A DNA stretch of 64,000 nt from an uncultured Candidatus Rokubacteria bacterium (GTDB lineage: Bacteria > Methylomirabilota > Methylomirabilia > Rokubacteriales > DASRDR01): NCBI GenBank assembly GCA_963805625.1, contig CAWDVE010000013.1, positions 610,458 to 674,457 of the forward strand, read 5' to 3'. Positions within the stretch are counted from its first letter, which is position 1, and the number at the start of each line of letters is the position of its first letter. Shown here one piece after another: positions 1-10,113 of the stretch. A model generated the notes under the pieces. The model searched no databases. It was not told the DNA's origin and saw nothing but the letters and a program-made list of their open reading frames with translations. Made by a program: the position numbers and the translations under genes.

Positions 1-453
1 TGCGCGATCCGCCCCCTCACCCCGGACGAGGTGCGCGCGTACGTCCGCTTCCGCCTGCGCGTCGCGGGCGGCCGGGACCTCGACCTTTTCACGGACCAGG
101 CCGTCGCCCGGATCGCCCAGTACTCGGACGGGATCCCGCGGGTCGTCAATGCCCTCGCCGACCATGCCCTCCTGATCGGCTATGCCGAGCAGCGGCGGCG
201 CCTCAACCGCGACACGGTGGACGAGGCAATCGGGTACCTCGAGGACGGAGCGCCGCCCCCGCACCGGCGTACGCGGAGCGGAGCATCGCGTCGACGGAGG
301 GCCTCCCGGTGGGCTGTCGCCGGCGCGACGGCGGTCCTCGGCGTAGGGGCGGCCGCCGTGGCGGTGGCCGCCCTCGGCTGGAAGCACCTCGCGGTCCCGC
401 TCGCGGCCCAGTTCGAAGACCTCGTCCAGGCCGCGCGCGGGCTCTTCTGGTGA
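1..453 (+). CDS. ExeA/GspA-like AAA ATPase, C-terminal part (5' truncated by window)
   Basis: Open frame from base 1: 'PLTPDEVRAYVRFRLRVAG..LFTDQAVARIAQYSDGIPRVVNALADHALLIGY' is the typical ExeA-family C-terminal motif, followed by a hydrophobic helix. Such ATPases accompany exosortase/EPS loci. Confidence 0.85.
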   Translation, partial: CAIRPLTPDEVRAYVRFRLRVAGGRDLDLFTDQAVARIAQYSDGIPRVVNALADHALLIGYAEQRRRLNRDTVDEAIGYLEDGAPPPHRRTRSGASRRRRASRWAVAGATAVLGVGAAAVAVAALGWKHLAVPLAAQFEDLVQAARGLFW

Positions 454-460
454 GGCTGGT

Positions 461-1477
461 ATGAGCAAGTTCTTCAAGGCCCTCGAGCAGGCCGAGCGCG
501 ACCGTGCGCTCAACCAGCAGTCGGCCCCAACGGCCGCTGCGCCCGTCCCCCGCGTCCCCGCCGCGCCCCTACCCGAGCCGCCCGCCGCGGAGCCGGGTCG
601 TCGGCTCACCATGCCCTCCCCGGCTTCGGCGCCAGCAAGCCCCCCCAAAGAGTCCGCCCCGGGCCTGACCGCCGTCAGTGTGCCGCCCGGCATCGACCCC
701 CACCTGGTGAGCCTCCTGGAGCCGGGGGCCCTGGAGGCGGAGCCCTACCGAGCGCTCCGCCATCTGGTCGAGCAGCGCCGGCAGCTCACGGGCCTCTCGG
801 TCCTCGTGGTGGCGAGCCCTGGCACCGGCGACGGGAAGACCACGACGGCGATCAACCTTGCGGGAGCCCTCGCCCAGGACCCGAAGGCGCGCGTCCTCCT
901 GATAGAGGCGGACCTCCGCAGCCCCGCGCTGGCGGCCCGCCTGGGGCTCCACGGTGCGGGGAGCCGCGGTCTCGTCGAGGCCATCCTCGACCCCCGGGTC
1001 GCGCTCGACGCCGTCGTCGAGCCGTGCCCTCCCTTCAACCTGGACATCATCCCGGCCGGTCATCGCCGAGGGGTCCCCTACGAGCTTCTCGCGTCCCCGC
1101 GGTTCACCGAGCTGATCGAGGCGGCCCGCGCCCGCTACGACTACGTGCTGATCGACGCTCCGCCCCTGGTTCCCTTCCCGGACGGCCGAGTCTTCGCCAG
1201 CAGCGTGGACGGCTACCTCCTGGTCGTGTCCGCCAGCCACACGCCGCGAAAGCTCGTCGCGGACGCCCTAAGCCTCCTCGACCCGGCCAAGCTCATCGGC
1301 CTGGTCTTCAACGGGGAGGAGCGGTCGACCGGCCGGGACTACTACCCCGAGCGCCGCCCGGCGACGCCGACCTCGGGTGGGAACGGGGACTCCGGCCGGG
1401 GCTGGCTCGCCGCCGTGTTGCCGCAGCGGCGGCGGAGGAGACGCGCCGCCAGGGCGGGCCGAGGGCCCTGGTCGTGA
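461..1477 (+). CDS. CpsD/CapB-family tyrosine-protein kinase (BY-kinase)
   Basis: MSKFFKALEQAE N-terminus, Pro-rich linker, 'EPYRALR', Walker A PGTGDGKTT, 'LLIEADLRSP', Walker B 'YVLIDAPP', 'GLVFN'. Confidence 0.9.
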   Translation: MSKFFKALEQAERDRALNQQSAPTAAAPVPRVPAAPLPEPPAAEPGRRLTMPSPASAPASPPKESAPGLTAVSVPPGIDPHLVSLLEPGALEAEPYRALRHLVEQRRQLTGLSVLVVASPGTGDGKTTTAINLAGALAQDPKARVLLIEADLRSPALAARLGLHGAGSRGLVEAILDPRVALDAVVEPCPPFNLDIIPAGHRRGVPYELLASPRFTELIEAARARYDYVLIDAPPLVPFPDGRVFASSVDGYLLVVSASHTPRKLVADALSLLDPAKLIGLVFNGEERSTGRDYYPERRPATPTSGGNGDSGRGWLAAVLPQRRRRRRAARAGRGPWS

Positions 1478-2661
1478 GCGTGGACAGCGTCCCGTTCGTC
1501 GACCTGGTCGCCCCCCACCGGGAGCTGCGCGAGGAGCTGCAGGCCATCTTCGAGGAGGTCCTCGACACGGCTCACTTCACGGGGGGCCCGCTGATCGAGG
1601 CCTTCGAGCAGGACTTCGCCGACTTCTCGGGATCGCGGTTCTGCGTCGCGGTTGGAAACGGCACGGACGCCCTCCGCTTCGCGCTGATCGCCGCGGGCGT
1701 GCAGCCCGGGGACACCGTGGTGACCGTGCCGCTGACCTTCATCGCCACCACGGAGGCCATCTCACAGGCCGGCGGACGGTTCGACCTGGTCGACATAGAC
1801 GAGCCCACGTACACCATGGACCCGGCGAAGCTGCGGACGTATTTCGAGCGACAGTGCCGGCGCGACCGGCGGACGGGCCGGCTCGTGAGCCGGCGCACCG
1901 GTAGCCCGGTGACCGCGATCGTCCCCGTCCATCTGTACGGGCAGATGGCCGACATGGACCCGATCATCGAGCTGGCAGCGGAGCACGAGGTCGTGGTTGT
2001 CGAGGACGCCTGCCAGGCCCACGGCGCCGAGTACTTCTCGAAGCGGGAGGGTGTGTGGCGCAAGGCCGGCTCGATCGGCCGCGCCGCCGCGTTTAGCTTC
2101 TATCCCGCCAAGAACCTCGGCGCCTGCGGCGAGGCGGGCGCCATCACCACCGGTGACGCCGAGGTTGCCCGGATCTGTCGGATGCTCCGCGACCACGGCC
2201 AGTCGGCGAAGTACGCCCATGACTTCGAGGGCTACAACGGCCGGCTCGACGCGATTCAGGCGGGCATCCTCCAGTTGAAGCTCCGCCATCTCGCGCGCTG
2301 GAACGAGCTGCGGCGCGAGTGCGCGCGCCGCTATGCCGAGCTGCTGGGCGATGCCGCCGGGATCCTCGCCCTGCCGTTCGAGCCGACGTGGTCGCGTCCG
2401 GTCTACCACCTCTACGTGATACGGGTCCCGGACCGCGACCGCGTTCAGCAGCATCTGGCCGCTGCGGGCATCGGGACCGGCATCCACTACCCGACCCCGC
2501 TGCACCTCCTGAAGGCGTACGAGCGCCTCGGCTTCCGGCGTGGCGATTTTCCGGTCGCCGAGCGCGCGGCCGCGGAGATCCTGTCCCTGCCGATGTTCCC
2601 CGAGCTGATGCCCGAGCAGCAGAACAGGGTAGTGAGCCAGATCCGCTCGGGAGCACGATGA
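1474..2661 (+). CDS. DegT/DnrJ/EryC1/StrS-family PLP aminotransferase
   Basis: GTG start overlaps the upstream TGA. Motifs 'VPFVDL', 'NGTDAL', 'VHLYGQ', 'EDACQAHGA', 'FSFYPAKNLGACGEAG'. Confidence 0.93.
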   Translation: MSVDSVPFVDLVAPHRELREELQAIFEEVLDTAHFTGGPLIEAFEQDFADFSGSRFCVAVGNGTDALRFALIAAGVQPGDTVVTVPLTFIATTEAISQAGGRFDLVDIDEPTYTMDPAKLRTYFERQCRRDRRTGRLVSRRTGSPVTAIVPVHLYGQMADMDPIIELAAEHEVVVVEDACQAHGAEYFSKREGVWRKAGSIGRAAAFSFYPAKNLGACGEAGAITTGDAEVARICRMLRDHGQSAKYAHDFEGYNGRLDAIQAGILQLKLRHLARWNELRRECARRYAELLGDAAGILALPFEPTWSRPVYHLYVIRVPDRDRVQQHLAAAGIGTGIHYPTPLHLLKAYERLGFRRGDFPVAERAAAEILSLPMFPELMPEQQNRVVSQIRSGAR

Positions 2662-4322
2662 TCGGCGTCGTGGCCAGGGCTGAGGAGAGTGAGGTGGCGC
2701 GCGAGTTCTTCGAGCTGTTCAAGACGCCATGGGAGTTCTGGCGCCCCGACGGCCGCTACGACGTGCTCGTCGACACGCACGACGGCACCTCCGCGCATCG
2801 GCCTGCGCGGATTGTCTTCCTCTATGGCAGCACGGCCGGCGCGTTCGACGATCAGCGAGTACGTCACCCCGCCCCACCGCGCGAGGGTGCGACCCTCTGC
2901 TGGCGCGGTGACTGTTTTCCTGTCTACGGACGGTGCGCCCCCCTTTGGCCCGACGGTACCTCGCCCGATCTCGTCTTCCGGGACACGCGGGAGCCGGCCA
3001 CCGCCGTGACGCACGCGGACGAACGCATCGTCGTGCGGATCGGCTACGATCTATTCCACGAGGTCCGCTTCCTGCTCGTCAATGGCCAACCGCGCGCGCA
3101 GGCCGGGGTCCCGACGGTCGACCGACACATCTCCCTGCTGCGAGAGTGGATCGTCCGCTCCGGCGTCCCGCTGGTCGAGATCCCGCCCGCCCCCCCGGGT
3201 CACCGCTTCATGGTCTGCCTGACCCACGACATGGACCACCCGGCGATCCGGTTCCACCGGTTCGACCACACCATGATGGGATTTCTGCACCGGGCCGTGG
3301 TCGGGTCGCTGGTCGGCGCGTGCCGGGGCCGGACGCCGCTGGCGGATCTCCGGCGCAACATCGGGGCAGCCCTGACGCTGCCCTTCGTCCATCTCGGCTG
3401 GGCCAAGGACATCTGGTCGGGGTTCGACCGCTACCTCGACATCGAGCGCGGGCTCGGCTCCACCTTCTTCGTGATCCCGTTCAAGCGGGACCCGGGCCGG
3501 ACGGTCGACGGCCGGGCTCCGCGTCTGCGCGCCGCGGCCTACGGGGTGGCCGACATCGCTGACCAGGTGCGGGGCCTCGACGCGGCGGGCGCCGAGGTCG
3601 GGCTCCACGCCATTGACGCCTGGGTCGATGGCCCGCGGGCCATCGAGGAGCGTGCGGCGATCTCGCGGGTCACGGGCACGCCCACGGCCGGAGTCCGGAT
3701 GCACTGGCTCTACTTCGACGAGGGCACCCCCGGACGGCTCGAGGAGGCAGGGTTCGCGTACGACTCCACGTTCGGCTACAACGAAACGGTCGGGTTTCGC
3801 GCCGGGACTCTGCAGGCGTTCAAGCCGATGACCGTGCGACACCTCCTCGAGCTCCCGCTCCACGTCATGGACACGGCGCTCTTCTATCCCTCGCGCCTCG
3901 GCCTCACGCCGGCCGCCGCCCACGACATGGTGTTCCCGCTGGTGGATGAGGCGGAGCGCCATGGCGGGGCGCTGACCATCAACTGGCACGACCGGAGCCT
4001 TGCGCCCGAGCGTCTCTGGGGCCGGTTCTACCTCGAGCTCGTCGACGAGCTGAAGCGCCGCTCGGCGTGGTTCCCGACGGCCGCCCGGGCGGTGGCATGG
4101 TTCCGGCAGCGCCGAGCGGCTGTGCTGACCTCGCTCCGCGGCGACGGCGGCGCACTCCGGATCGCAGCATCCGTCGCCGGGGCCGCCGAAGTACCCGGGC
4201 TGACCGTACGGGTGCACACATCGGCTCCCCTCGATGGCGCCCCAACGCCGTTGCCGCGGCGGCGGACGACCTTCACCGACCTACCGCTCCGGGACACCCT
4301 GGACGTGCACGTGGCCGTGTAG
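2658..4322 (+). CDS. Polysaccharide deacetylase-like (NodB/CE4 fold) protein
   Basis: ATGA overlap start. Motifs 'CLTHDMD', 'EVGLHA', 'GVRMHWL', 'FAYDST.GY..TVGFRAG', 'ELPLHVMD', 'INWH'. Confidence 0.8.
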   Translation: MIGVVARAEESEVAREFFELFKTPWEFWRPDGRYDVLVDTHDGTSAHRPARIVFLYGSTAGAFDDQRVRHPAPPREGATLCWRGDCFPVYGRCAPLWPDGTSPDLVFRDTREPATAVTHADERIVVRIGYDLFHEVRFLLVNGQPRAQAGVPTVDRHISLLREWIVRSGVPLVEIPPAPPGHRFMVCLTHDMDHPAIRFHRFDHTMMGFLHRAVVGSLVGACRGRTPLADLRRNIGAALTLPFVHLGWAKDIWSGFDRYLDIERGLGSTFFVIPFKRDPGRTVDGRAPRLRAAAYGVADIADQVRGLDAAGAEVGLHAIDAWVDGPRAIEERAAISRVTGTPTAGVRMHWLYFDEGTPGRLEEAGFAYDSTFGYNETVGFRAGTLQAFKPMTVRHLLELPLHVMDTALFYPSRLGLTPAAAHDMVFPLVDEAERHGGALTINWHDRSLAPERLWGRFYLELVDELKRRSAWFPTAARAVAWFRQRRAAVLTSLRGDGGALRIAASVAGAAEVPGLTVRVHTSAPLDGAPTPLPRRRTTFTDLPLRDTLDVHVAV

Positions 4323-5387
4323 ATGCTAAGCGGGGATCCTCTCGTCGTCGCGCAGATCGGGTGCGGGTACTGGGGGCCGAACCTCCTCCGGAACTTCTCC
4401 ACCCTGCCGGGCTGCGAGGTGCGCTATGTCGCGGACCCGAGTCCCGCGCGCTCCGCGTTCGTGCGCGACAACTTCCCCCGGACCCGCGCCGTGGAGTCGC
4501 CCGATCTCATTTTCGAGGATCCCGATGTCGCCGGCGTGATCCTGGCGACCCCGGCCGCCACGCACTTCTCACTTGCCCGGCGTGCGCTCGAGGCCGGCAA
4601 ACACGTCCTCGTCGAGAAACCGCTCGCGACGCGCGTTGCCGAGGTCGACGAGCTGGCCCGCCAGGCCGGGCTACGTGGCCTCGTCCTGATGGCCGGCCAC
4701 ACGTTCGTCTACAATCCGGCGGTCCGCTATGTGAAGCGGCTCATCGACGCGGGGGAGCTCGGCGAGGTCCGCTACGTGTACAGCCAGCGCCTGAACCTCG
4801 GCCGCATCCGTTCCGACATCGACGCCCTGTGGAACTTCGCCCCGCACGACATCAGCATCATCCAGTACTGGCTGAGCGACGAGGAGCCGTCGTTCGTCTC
4901 GCGCCAGGGGATCGACTGCATCCAACCCGGCATCGACGACGTCGTCTTCCTCAACCTCGTGTACCCGAACAAGATCATGGCCAATATCCACGTGAGCTGG
5001 CTCGATCCACAGAAGGTCCGAAAGATGACCGTGGTCGGCTCCCGGAAGATGGTGGTCTACGACGACGTGGCCGACGACAAGATCGCCATCTACGACAAGG
5101 GCATCGACAGGAAGGCGGTTCTCGGCGAGCACATGGATTTCGATCACCCGATGCGCGCGGACTTCAGCTACCGGAGCGGCGACATCCTGCTTCCGCAGGT
5201 CCACTTCGTCGAGCCGCTGCGGCTGGAAGCCGAGCACTTCCTCGATTGCATCAGGACCGGCAAGGAACCGGCAACCGGTGTCACCCATGCTCGAACGGTG
5301 GTATCGGTGCTCGAGCGCGCGGATGCGGCTCGGATGGGAGTCGACCCTCGGTACGCTCGCGGGGGCAGGGGACCAAGCGAGCGGTGA
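4323..5387 (+). CDS. Gfo/Idh/MocA-family oxidoreductase (WbpB/WlbA-like)
   Basis: 'IGCGYWGPNLLRNF', 'HVLVEKPL', 'LWNFAPHDISI'. Confidence 0.9.
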   Translation: MLSGDPLVVAQIGCGYWGPNLLRNFSTLPGCEVRYVADPSPARSAFVRDNFPRTRAVESPDLIFEDPDVAGVILATPAATHFSLARRALEAGKHVLVEKPLATRVAEVDELARQAGLRGLVLMAGHTFVYNPAVRYVKRLIDAGELGEVRYVYSQRLNLGRIRSDIDALWNFAPHDISIIQYWLSDEEPSFVSRQGIDCIQPGIDDVVFLNLVYPNKIMANIHVSWLDPQKVRKMTVVGSRKMVVYDDVADDKIAIYDKGIDRKAVLGEHMDFDHPMRADFSYRSGDILLPQVHFVEPLRLEAEHFLDCIRTGKEPATGVTHARTVVSVLERADAARMGVDPRYARGGRGPSER

Positions 5388-6085
5388 AGCAGAACGTCAT
5401 CCTGCTCGGTAAAGGCACGTTGGCGGTCAGGATCGCCGACTGGTTCCTGGCGCAGCCCGACTACGACCTGCGTCTCCTGGTGCCGGTGGTCCCCGAGCCA
5501 AGCTGGACCGACTCGCTATCGACCTGGGCGGACTCCCACCGGGTTCCGGTCGTGCGGTCCGGACACTACAAGGACATCCCGGGTGTCCTCGGCGACACCT
5601 GGCAGATGGACATCGCCCTCTCCGTCTTCTACGACAAGATCATCAAGGAATGGTTCATCCGGAAGTGTGCGAGGATTCTCAACTTGCACAACGGTCCGCT
5701 GCCGAGATACCGCGGCGTGTCCCCCATCAACTGGGCGCTCAAGAATGGCGAGCCATTGCATGGCGTGACCATCCACGAGATTACCCCCGGAATCGATGAC
5801 GGCCCGATCTGCTCGCAGCTCCTCTACTCGATCTACCCCGAGTTCGACGAAGTGCGGGACGTGTACGCCAGGGCTCTCGAGTACGGGTGGACGCTCTTCA
5901 CCCAGACGATGCCGCTGCTGCAGAAGATCACGCCGACCGCGCAGGACCATGCGCAGGCGACGTACTACACCGTGCAGCAGAATGCCCACCTCGGCGACCG
6001 GAGGGGCTTCACGCGGGCCGAGAGCGGCGCCTCCGTCAGACACGCCGGTCACCACGACCGGGCGCCGGCGAACCCGGTGGCTTGA
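5384..6085 (+). CDS. Sugar N-formyltransferase (formyl_trans_N fold)
   Basis: GTGA overlap start. 'LNLHNGPLPRYRGVSPINWAL' and 'GVTIHEITPGIDDGPI' are formyltransferase signatures. Confidence 0.85.
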   Translation: MKQNVILLGKGTLAVRIADWFLAQPDYDLRLLVPVVPEPSWTDSLSTWADSHRVPVVRSGHYKDIPGVLGDTWQMDIALSVFYDKIIKEWFIRKCARILNLHNGPLPRYRGVSPINWALKNGEPLHGVTIHEITPGIDDGPICSQLLYSIYPEFDEVRDVYARALEYGWTLFTQTMPLLQKITPTAQDHAQATYYTVQQNAHLGDRRGFTRAESGASVRHAGHHDRAPANPVA

Positions 6086-6112
6086 CGTCGGACGAGTGAC
6101 CGCGAGGCCCCG

Positions 6113-7168
6113 GTGAAGACCTGCTCCGTCGTCGGAACGAGACCGAATTTCGTGAAGGAGTACCTCGTCAACCGGGAGCTGAGGCGCCGGGGGATCAAGG
6201 AGATCCTGATCCACACGGGGCAGCACTACGACTACGAGATGTCGCAGGCCTTCTTCGACTGCTTCGAGCTGCCGGCGCCGGATCATCATCTGAACATCGC
6301 CAACCGCGACAACGTGAGTTTCTCGGCCAGCGCCATCGTGGAGCTAGCGGCGGTGTTCGACACCGAGCGGCCCGACTGCATCCTGGCGTATGGCGACGTG
6401 AACTCGACGATGGCCGCTGCCATCGCCGCCAGCAAGCTGCGCATCCCGTTTGCCCACGTCGAGGGCGGGATCCGCACCGTCGACCGCCACAATCCCGAAG
6501 AGATCAACCGCCGGGTTTCGGATGTCCTCGCCGACGTCATCTTCTGCTGCACGACGACCGACGTGGACAATCTGAAGCGCGAGGGGTACGAATCCCATCG
6601 CATCGAGCTTTCGGGCGACCTGATGAAGGACGCGATGATCCTCACGCTCGCGAAGCACGGGATCGAGCCGGTCCGGGGGGACTATCATGTCCTCACGCTG
6701 CATCGCCAGGAGAACCTCACGGACCGTAAGCGGCTCCACGCGATCATCGAGGGCCTCGTCAAGGCCGAGCGACGGATCGTCTTCCCTGCCCATCCGAGAA
6801 CCGTGCAGGCGCTCCAGAGCTTCGGTCTCATCGACCTGGTCCGAGGCTCGCAGATCGAGCTGTGCAAGCCAATGGGGTACGTGGATTTCGTCCGACTCGC
6901 AGCCGGAGCGGACAAGATCCTGACCGATTCCGGTGGTGTCCGCCGCGAGGCGTACCTGCTCCGCAAGCCCTGCATCGTGCTCATCGAGCTCTCCTGGTTC
7001 CCCGAGATCGCGCGAGCTGGATGGAAGGTGTTGACCCCCCCGGATCCCGGCCGCATCGCCGACCTGATCAGGACGTTCGAGCCGAGCGGACCGCACCGGG
7101 AGCTGTTCGGAGACGGGACCGCCCACCGACAGATCGTGGACGGGTTGGTACGACGCTATGGCGGTTGA
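6113..7168 (+). CDS. wecB: UDP-N-acetylglucosamine 2-epimerase (non-hydrolysing), WecB/WbpI-like
   Basis: 'VGTRPNFVK', 'HTGQHYD', 'HVEGGIR', 'PEEINR', 'TLHRQEN', 'TDSGG'. Confidence 0.92.
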   Translation: MKTCSVVGTRPNFVKEYLVNRELRRRGIKEILIHTGQHYDYEMSQAFFDCFELPAPDHHLNIANRDNVSFSASAIVELAAVFDTERPDCILAYGDVNSTMAAAIAASKLRIPFAHVEGGIRTVDRHNPEEINRRVSDVLADVIFCCTTTDVDNLKREGYESHRIELSGDLMKDAMILTLAKHGIEPVRGDYHVLTLHRQENLTDRKRLHAIIEGLVKAERRIVFPAHPRTVQALQSFGLIDLVRGSQIELCKPMGYVDFVRLAAGADKILTDSGGVRREAYLLRKPCIVLIELSWFPEIARAGWKVLTPPDPGRIADLIRTFEPSGPHRELFGDGTAHRQIVDGLVRRYGG

Positions 7169-8399
7169 GGGCGCAGGCGCGGCGAGAGTGGCCATGCTGG
7201 CCCACACGTACTACCTGGGTGACCCGCGGGTCCGCCGGGAAGCCGAGGCGTTGGCTGCCAGTGGCGTCGAGGTTCATGTCATCGGTCTCAGAGAGGAACG
7301 TGCGCGAGACGGTGTCCGTGAACCACGCCACGCTGTTATCAGCGGCGTTCACGTCCATCGGCTTCCGATCCGCCGCCGGCGCGGGGGGCCTCTTCGATAT
7401 CTCTACGAGTACGTGGCGTGCGCGGTGCTGGGCGGCCTGACCCTGGCCCGACTCCACCTTCGCGGCAAGCTCAGGGTGGTCCACGTCCACAACATGCCTG
7501 ATTTCCTGGTGTTTGCCGCCCTCGTTCCCCGGCTGGGTGGAAGCACGGTGATCCTGGACGTGCACGACCCGATGCCCGAGCTCTACATGAGCTGGAACCA
7601 TCGGCCCGGGGGCCCTGTGGTCAGGGTTCTCCGACTCCAGGAGAGGCTCAGCCACGCCTTCGCGCATCGCATCATCTCCGTCAACGAGAGCATGAGAGCG
7701 AACCTCGAGGTCAAAGGAGTCGCGGGAGAGAAGATTCTCATCGTCAACAACTTCCCGGACGAACAGCTGTTTCCGGTCCGTGACGTTCCGAGATCCTGGC
7801 CGCGAACCCGAGAGCGCCTGGTGGTGCTGTACTGCGGGACGGTGACCGAGCACTACGATCTCGGGCTCGCCGTCAAGGCCATGGCTCGACTTGCCGGTGA
7901 GGTCCCGCTCACGCTCAAAATCCTGGGCGAAGGAAACAGACTGAAGGAGGTTCTCGATCTGGCGTCCGACCTTGGCGTCAGCAAGTCGGTCGAGCACCTC
8001 GGGCGGGTTCCGATCGACCGCGTGCGCGACGAGATGGCCAAGGCGGACGTAGGCATCTCGTGCCATCGCGCCGGCGTCTTTGGCGACCTGTATTTCTCGA
8101 CGAAGATCGTCGAATACCTCACTCAAGGGCTGCCGGTCCTGTCGCCTCGGACCCACACGATCAGCAACTATTTGCCCGACGAGGCCATGTTCTACTTCGA
8201 GCCGGGCAACGAGGCCGCGCTGGCAGACAGCCTTCGCTTCATGTGGCAGAATCCCGACGAGGTCTTGTGGCGCCTGTCCCAGGCGAGAAAGCTCTTACCG
8301 AGCCTGTCCTGGCAGGCCGAAAGAGAGAAGCTGCTCTCCTTCTACGCCGAGCTCCTCGATGGGCGGACCCGCACGGCATATGCCGGATCAGCGGGATGA
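7158..8399 (+). CDS. Glycosyltransferase family 4
   Basis: 'DPRVRREAEAL', 'HVHNMPDFL', 'DVHDPMPE', 'STKIVEYLTQGLPV' (GT-B fold). Confidence 0.9.
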   Translation: MAVEGAGAARVAMLAHTYYLGDPRVRREAEALAASGVEVHVIGLREERARDGVREPRHAVISGVHVHRLPIRRRRGGPLRYLYEYVACAVLGGLTLARLHLRGKLRVVHVHNMPDFLVFAALVPRLGGSTVILDVHDPMPELYMSWNHRPGGPVVRVLRLQERLSHAFAHRIISVNESMRANLEVKGVAGEKILIVNNFPDEQLFPVRDVPRSWPRTRERLVVLYCGTVTEHYDLGLAVKAMARLAGEVPLTLKILGEGNRLKEVLDLASDLGVSKSVEHLGRVPIDRVRDEMAKADVGISCHRAGVFGDLYFSTKIVEYLTQGLPVLSPRTHTISNYLPDEAMFYFEPGNEAALADSLRFMWQNPDEVLWRLSQARKLLPSLSWQAEREKLLSFYAELLDGRTRTAYAGSAG

Positions 8400-8495
8400 A
8401 GCGCCGGAGCGCAGGCCCGTCCCCTCGGCCGTCGTGGCCGGCGAGCGGCATGGCCCTCCGGGCGAGCCTCGGCACGCGTCCCGCCCTCCCCCATC

Positions 8496-8990
8496 ATGGC
8501 TGAGCCGCACGTCCTGTCCGTGGACATCGTCGACGTGCGCTTCGGCGAAAATGTCCGCGTCGTACGGCCGGTCAACCTGTACGGATGCTCGATCGGCGAC
8601 GACACCTTCGTCGGACCGTTCGTCGAGATCCAGCGCAACGTGGTCATCGGAAGGCGATGCAAGATTCAGTCGCACTCCTTCGTGTGCGAGCTCGTGACGA
8701 TCGGCGACGACTGCTTTATTTCGCACGGGGCGAAGTTCATCAACGATCCGTTCAGGAACGACGGCCCGGCGCGTGGAGATCGACGCCTCTGGCGCGCCAC
8801 GCGGGTGGGCCACCACGTCAGCGTCGGCACCAATGCGACGATTCTCCCGGTCGCGATCTGCGACCACGTCGTGGTCGGAGCCGGAGCCGTCGTCACGAGG
8901 GATCTGACGGAGCCCGGCATCTATGCCGGCAACCCGGCGCGCCTCCTGCGCCGCCTGCACGCCGAGACGGGAGGTCGGGCCATCTCATGA
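8496..8990 (+). CDS. Hexapeptide-repeat acyltransferase (WbpD/WxcM-like)
   Basis: 'NLYGCSIGDDTFVGPFVEIQ', 'KIQSHSFVCE', 'VGAGAVVTRD', 'AGNPAR'. Confidence 0.9.
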   Translation: MAEPHVLSVDIVDVRFGENVRVVRPVNLYGCSIGDDTFVGPFVEIQRNVVIGRRCKIQSHSFVCELVTIGDDCFISHGAKFINDPFRNDGPARGDRRLWRATRVGHHVSVGTNATILPVAICDHVVVGAGAVVTRDLTEPGIYAGNPARLLRRLHAETGGRAIS

Positions 8991-10087
8991 GAGTCCCATT
9001 CGTCGACCTTCACGCCCAGTACCTGTCCATCCAGGACGAGATCGACGCCGCGATCCGCGCGGTGATCGCCGATTCGGCGTTCATCCGTGGCCCGCACGTG
9101 GAAGGGTTCGAGCGCGCTTGGGCGGAGACCCTCGGGGTCAAGCATTGCGTTTCCTGCGCCAACGGCACCGACGCGCTCCTGATCGCGATGCGCGCCCTCG
9201 GCGTGAAGCCGGAAGACGAGGTCATCACCACCGCCCACACCTGGATCTCCACGTCGGCGATGATCACCCAGGCGGGCGGGCGGGTCGTGTTCTGCGATGT
9301 CGACCCGGTGACCTTCACCATCGATCCGGCGGAGATCGAAGCGCGGCTCACGCCTCGCACCGTCGGCATCATCCCCGTACATCTCTACGGGCAGCCAGCC
9401 GATATGGACCCGATCATGGTCGTCGCACGACGGCACGGGCTCTGGGTCATCGAAGATTGCTCCCAGGCTCACCTCGCCCGGTACAAGGGCCAGCTCGTGG
9501 GGACGTTCGGGAACATGGCGACGTTCTCGTTCTATCCGAGCAAGAATCTTGGCGCCTATGGCGACGCCGGATGCATCACCACCAATGACGATCGCCTGGC
9601 CGACTGGATGGCCGCCTTCGCGCGCCACGGTGGCAAGAACGAGCACTTGATGGAGGCCATCAACAGCCGGATGGATGGGCTGCAGGCGGCGATCCTCAAC
9701 GCGAAGATTCCCCACTTGCCGGCGTGGATCGAGGCACGGCGCGGGGTGGCGTCGGCGTACGACCGCCTCCTGGCCGGCCTCGGTGACGTCGAGACGCCGA
9801 AGGTCGGCCCTGACCGCGACCATGTCTACCACCTCTACGTGATTCGCACTGACCGCCGCGACGCGCTGAAGGCGCATCTCGCCGCCGCCGAGGTGGCGAC
9901 GGTGCTGAACTATCCCAAGGCGCTGCCGTTCTATCCGGCCTACGCCTATCTCGGGCACACGCCGGACGACTTCCCGGTGGCCTATCGCAATCAATCGCGC
10001 ATCCTCTCGCTTCCGATCTACCCGGAGATGCCGCTCGAGATGATCGGGTACGTGGCCGATCAGATCCGCGGCTTCTTCGCACGGTAG
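8987..10087 (+). CDS. DegT/DnrJ/EryC1/StrS-family PLP aminotransferase (second copy)
   Basis: ATGA overlap. 'MRVPFVDL', 'NGTDAL', 'EDCSQAH', 'FSFYPSKNLGAYGDAG'. Confidence 0.93.
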   Translation: MRVPFVDLHAQYLSIQDEIDAAIRAVIADSAFIRGPHVEGFERAWAETLGVKHCVSCANGTDALLIAMRALGVKPEDEVITTAHTWISTSAMITQAGGRVVFCDVDPVTFTIDPAEIEARLTPRTVGIIPVHLYGQPADMDPIMVVARRHGLWVIEDCSQAHLARYKGQLVGTFGNMATFSFYPSKNLGAYGDAGCITTNDDRLADWMAAFARHGGKNEHLMEAINSRMDGLQAAILNAKIPHLPAWIEARRGVASAYDRLLAGLGDVETPKVGPDRDHVYHLYVIRTDRRDALKAHLAAAEVATVLNYPKALPFYPAYAYLGHTPDDFPVAYRNQSRILSLPIYPEMPLEMIGYVADQIRGFFAR

Positions 10088-10113
10088 CCGGCGAGCCGAC
10101 GCGTGGGGCCGTC

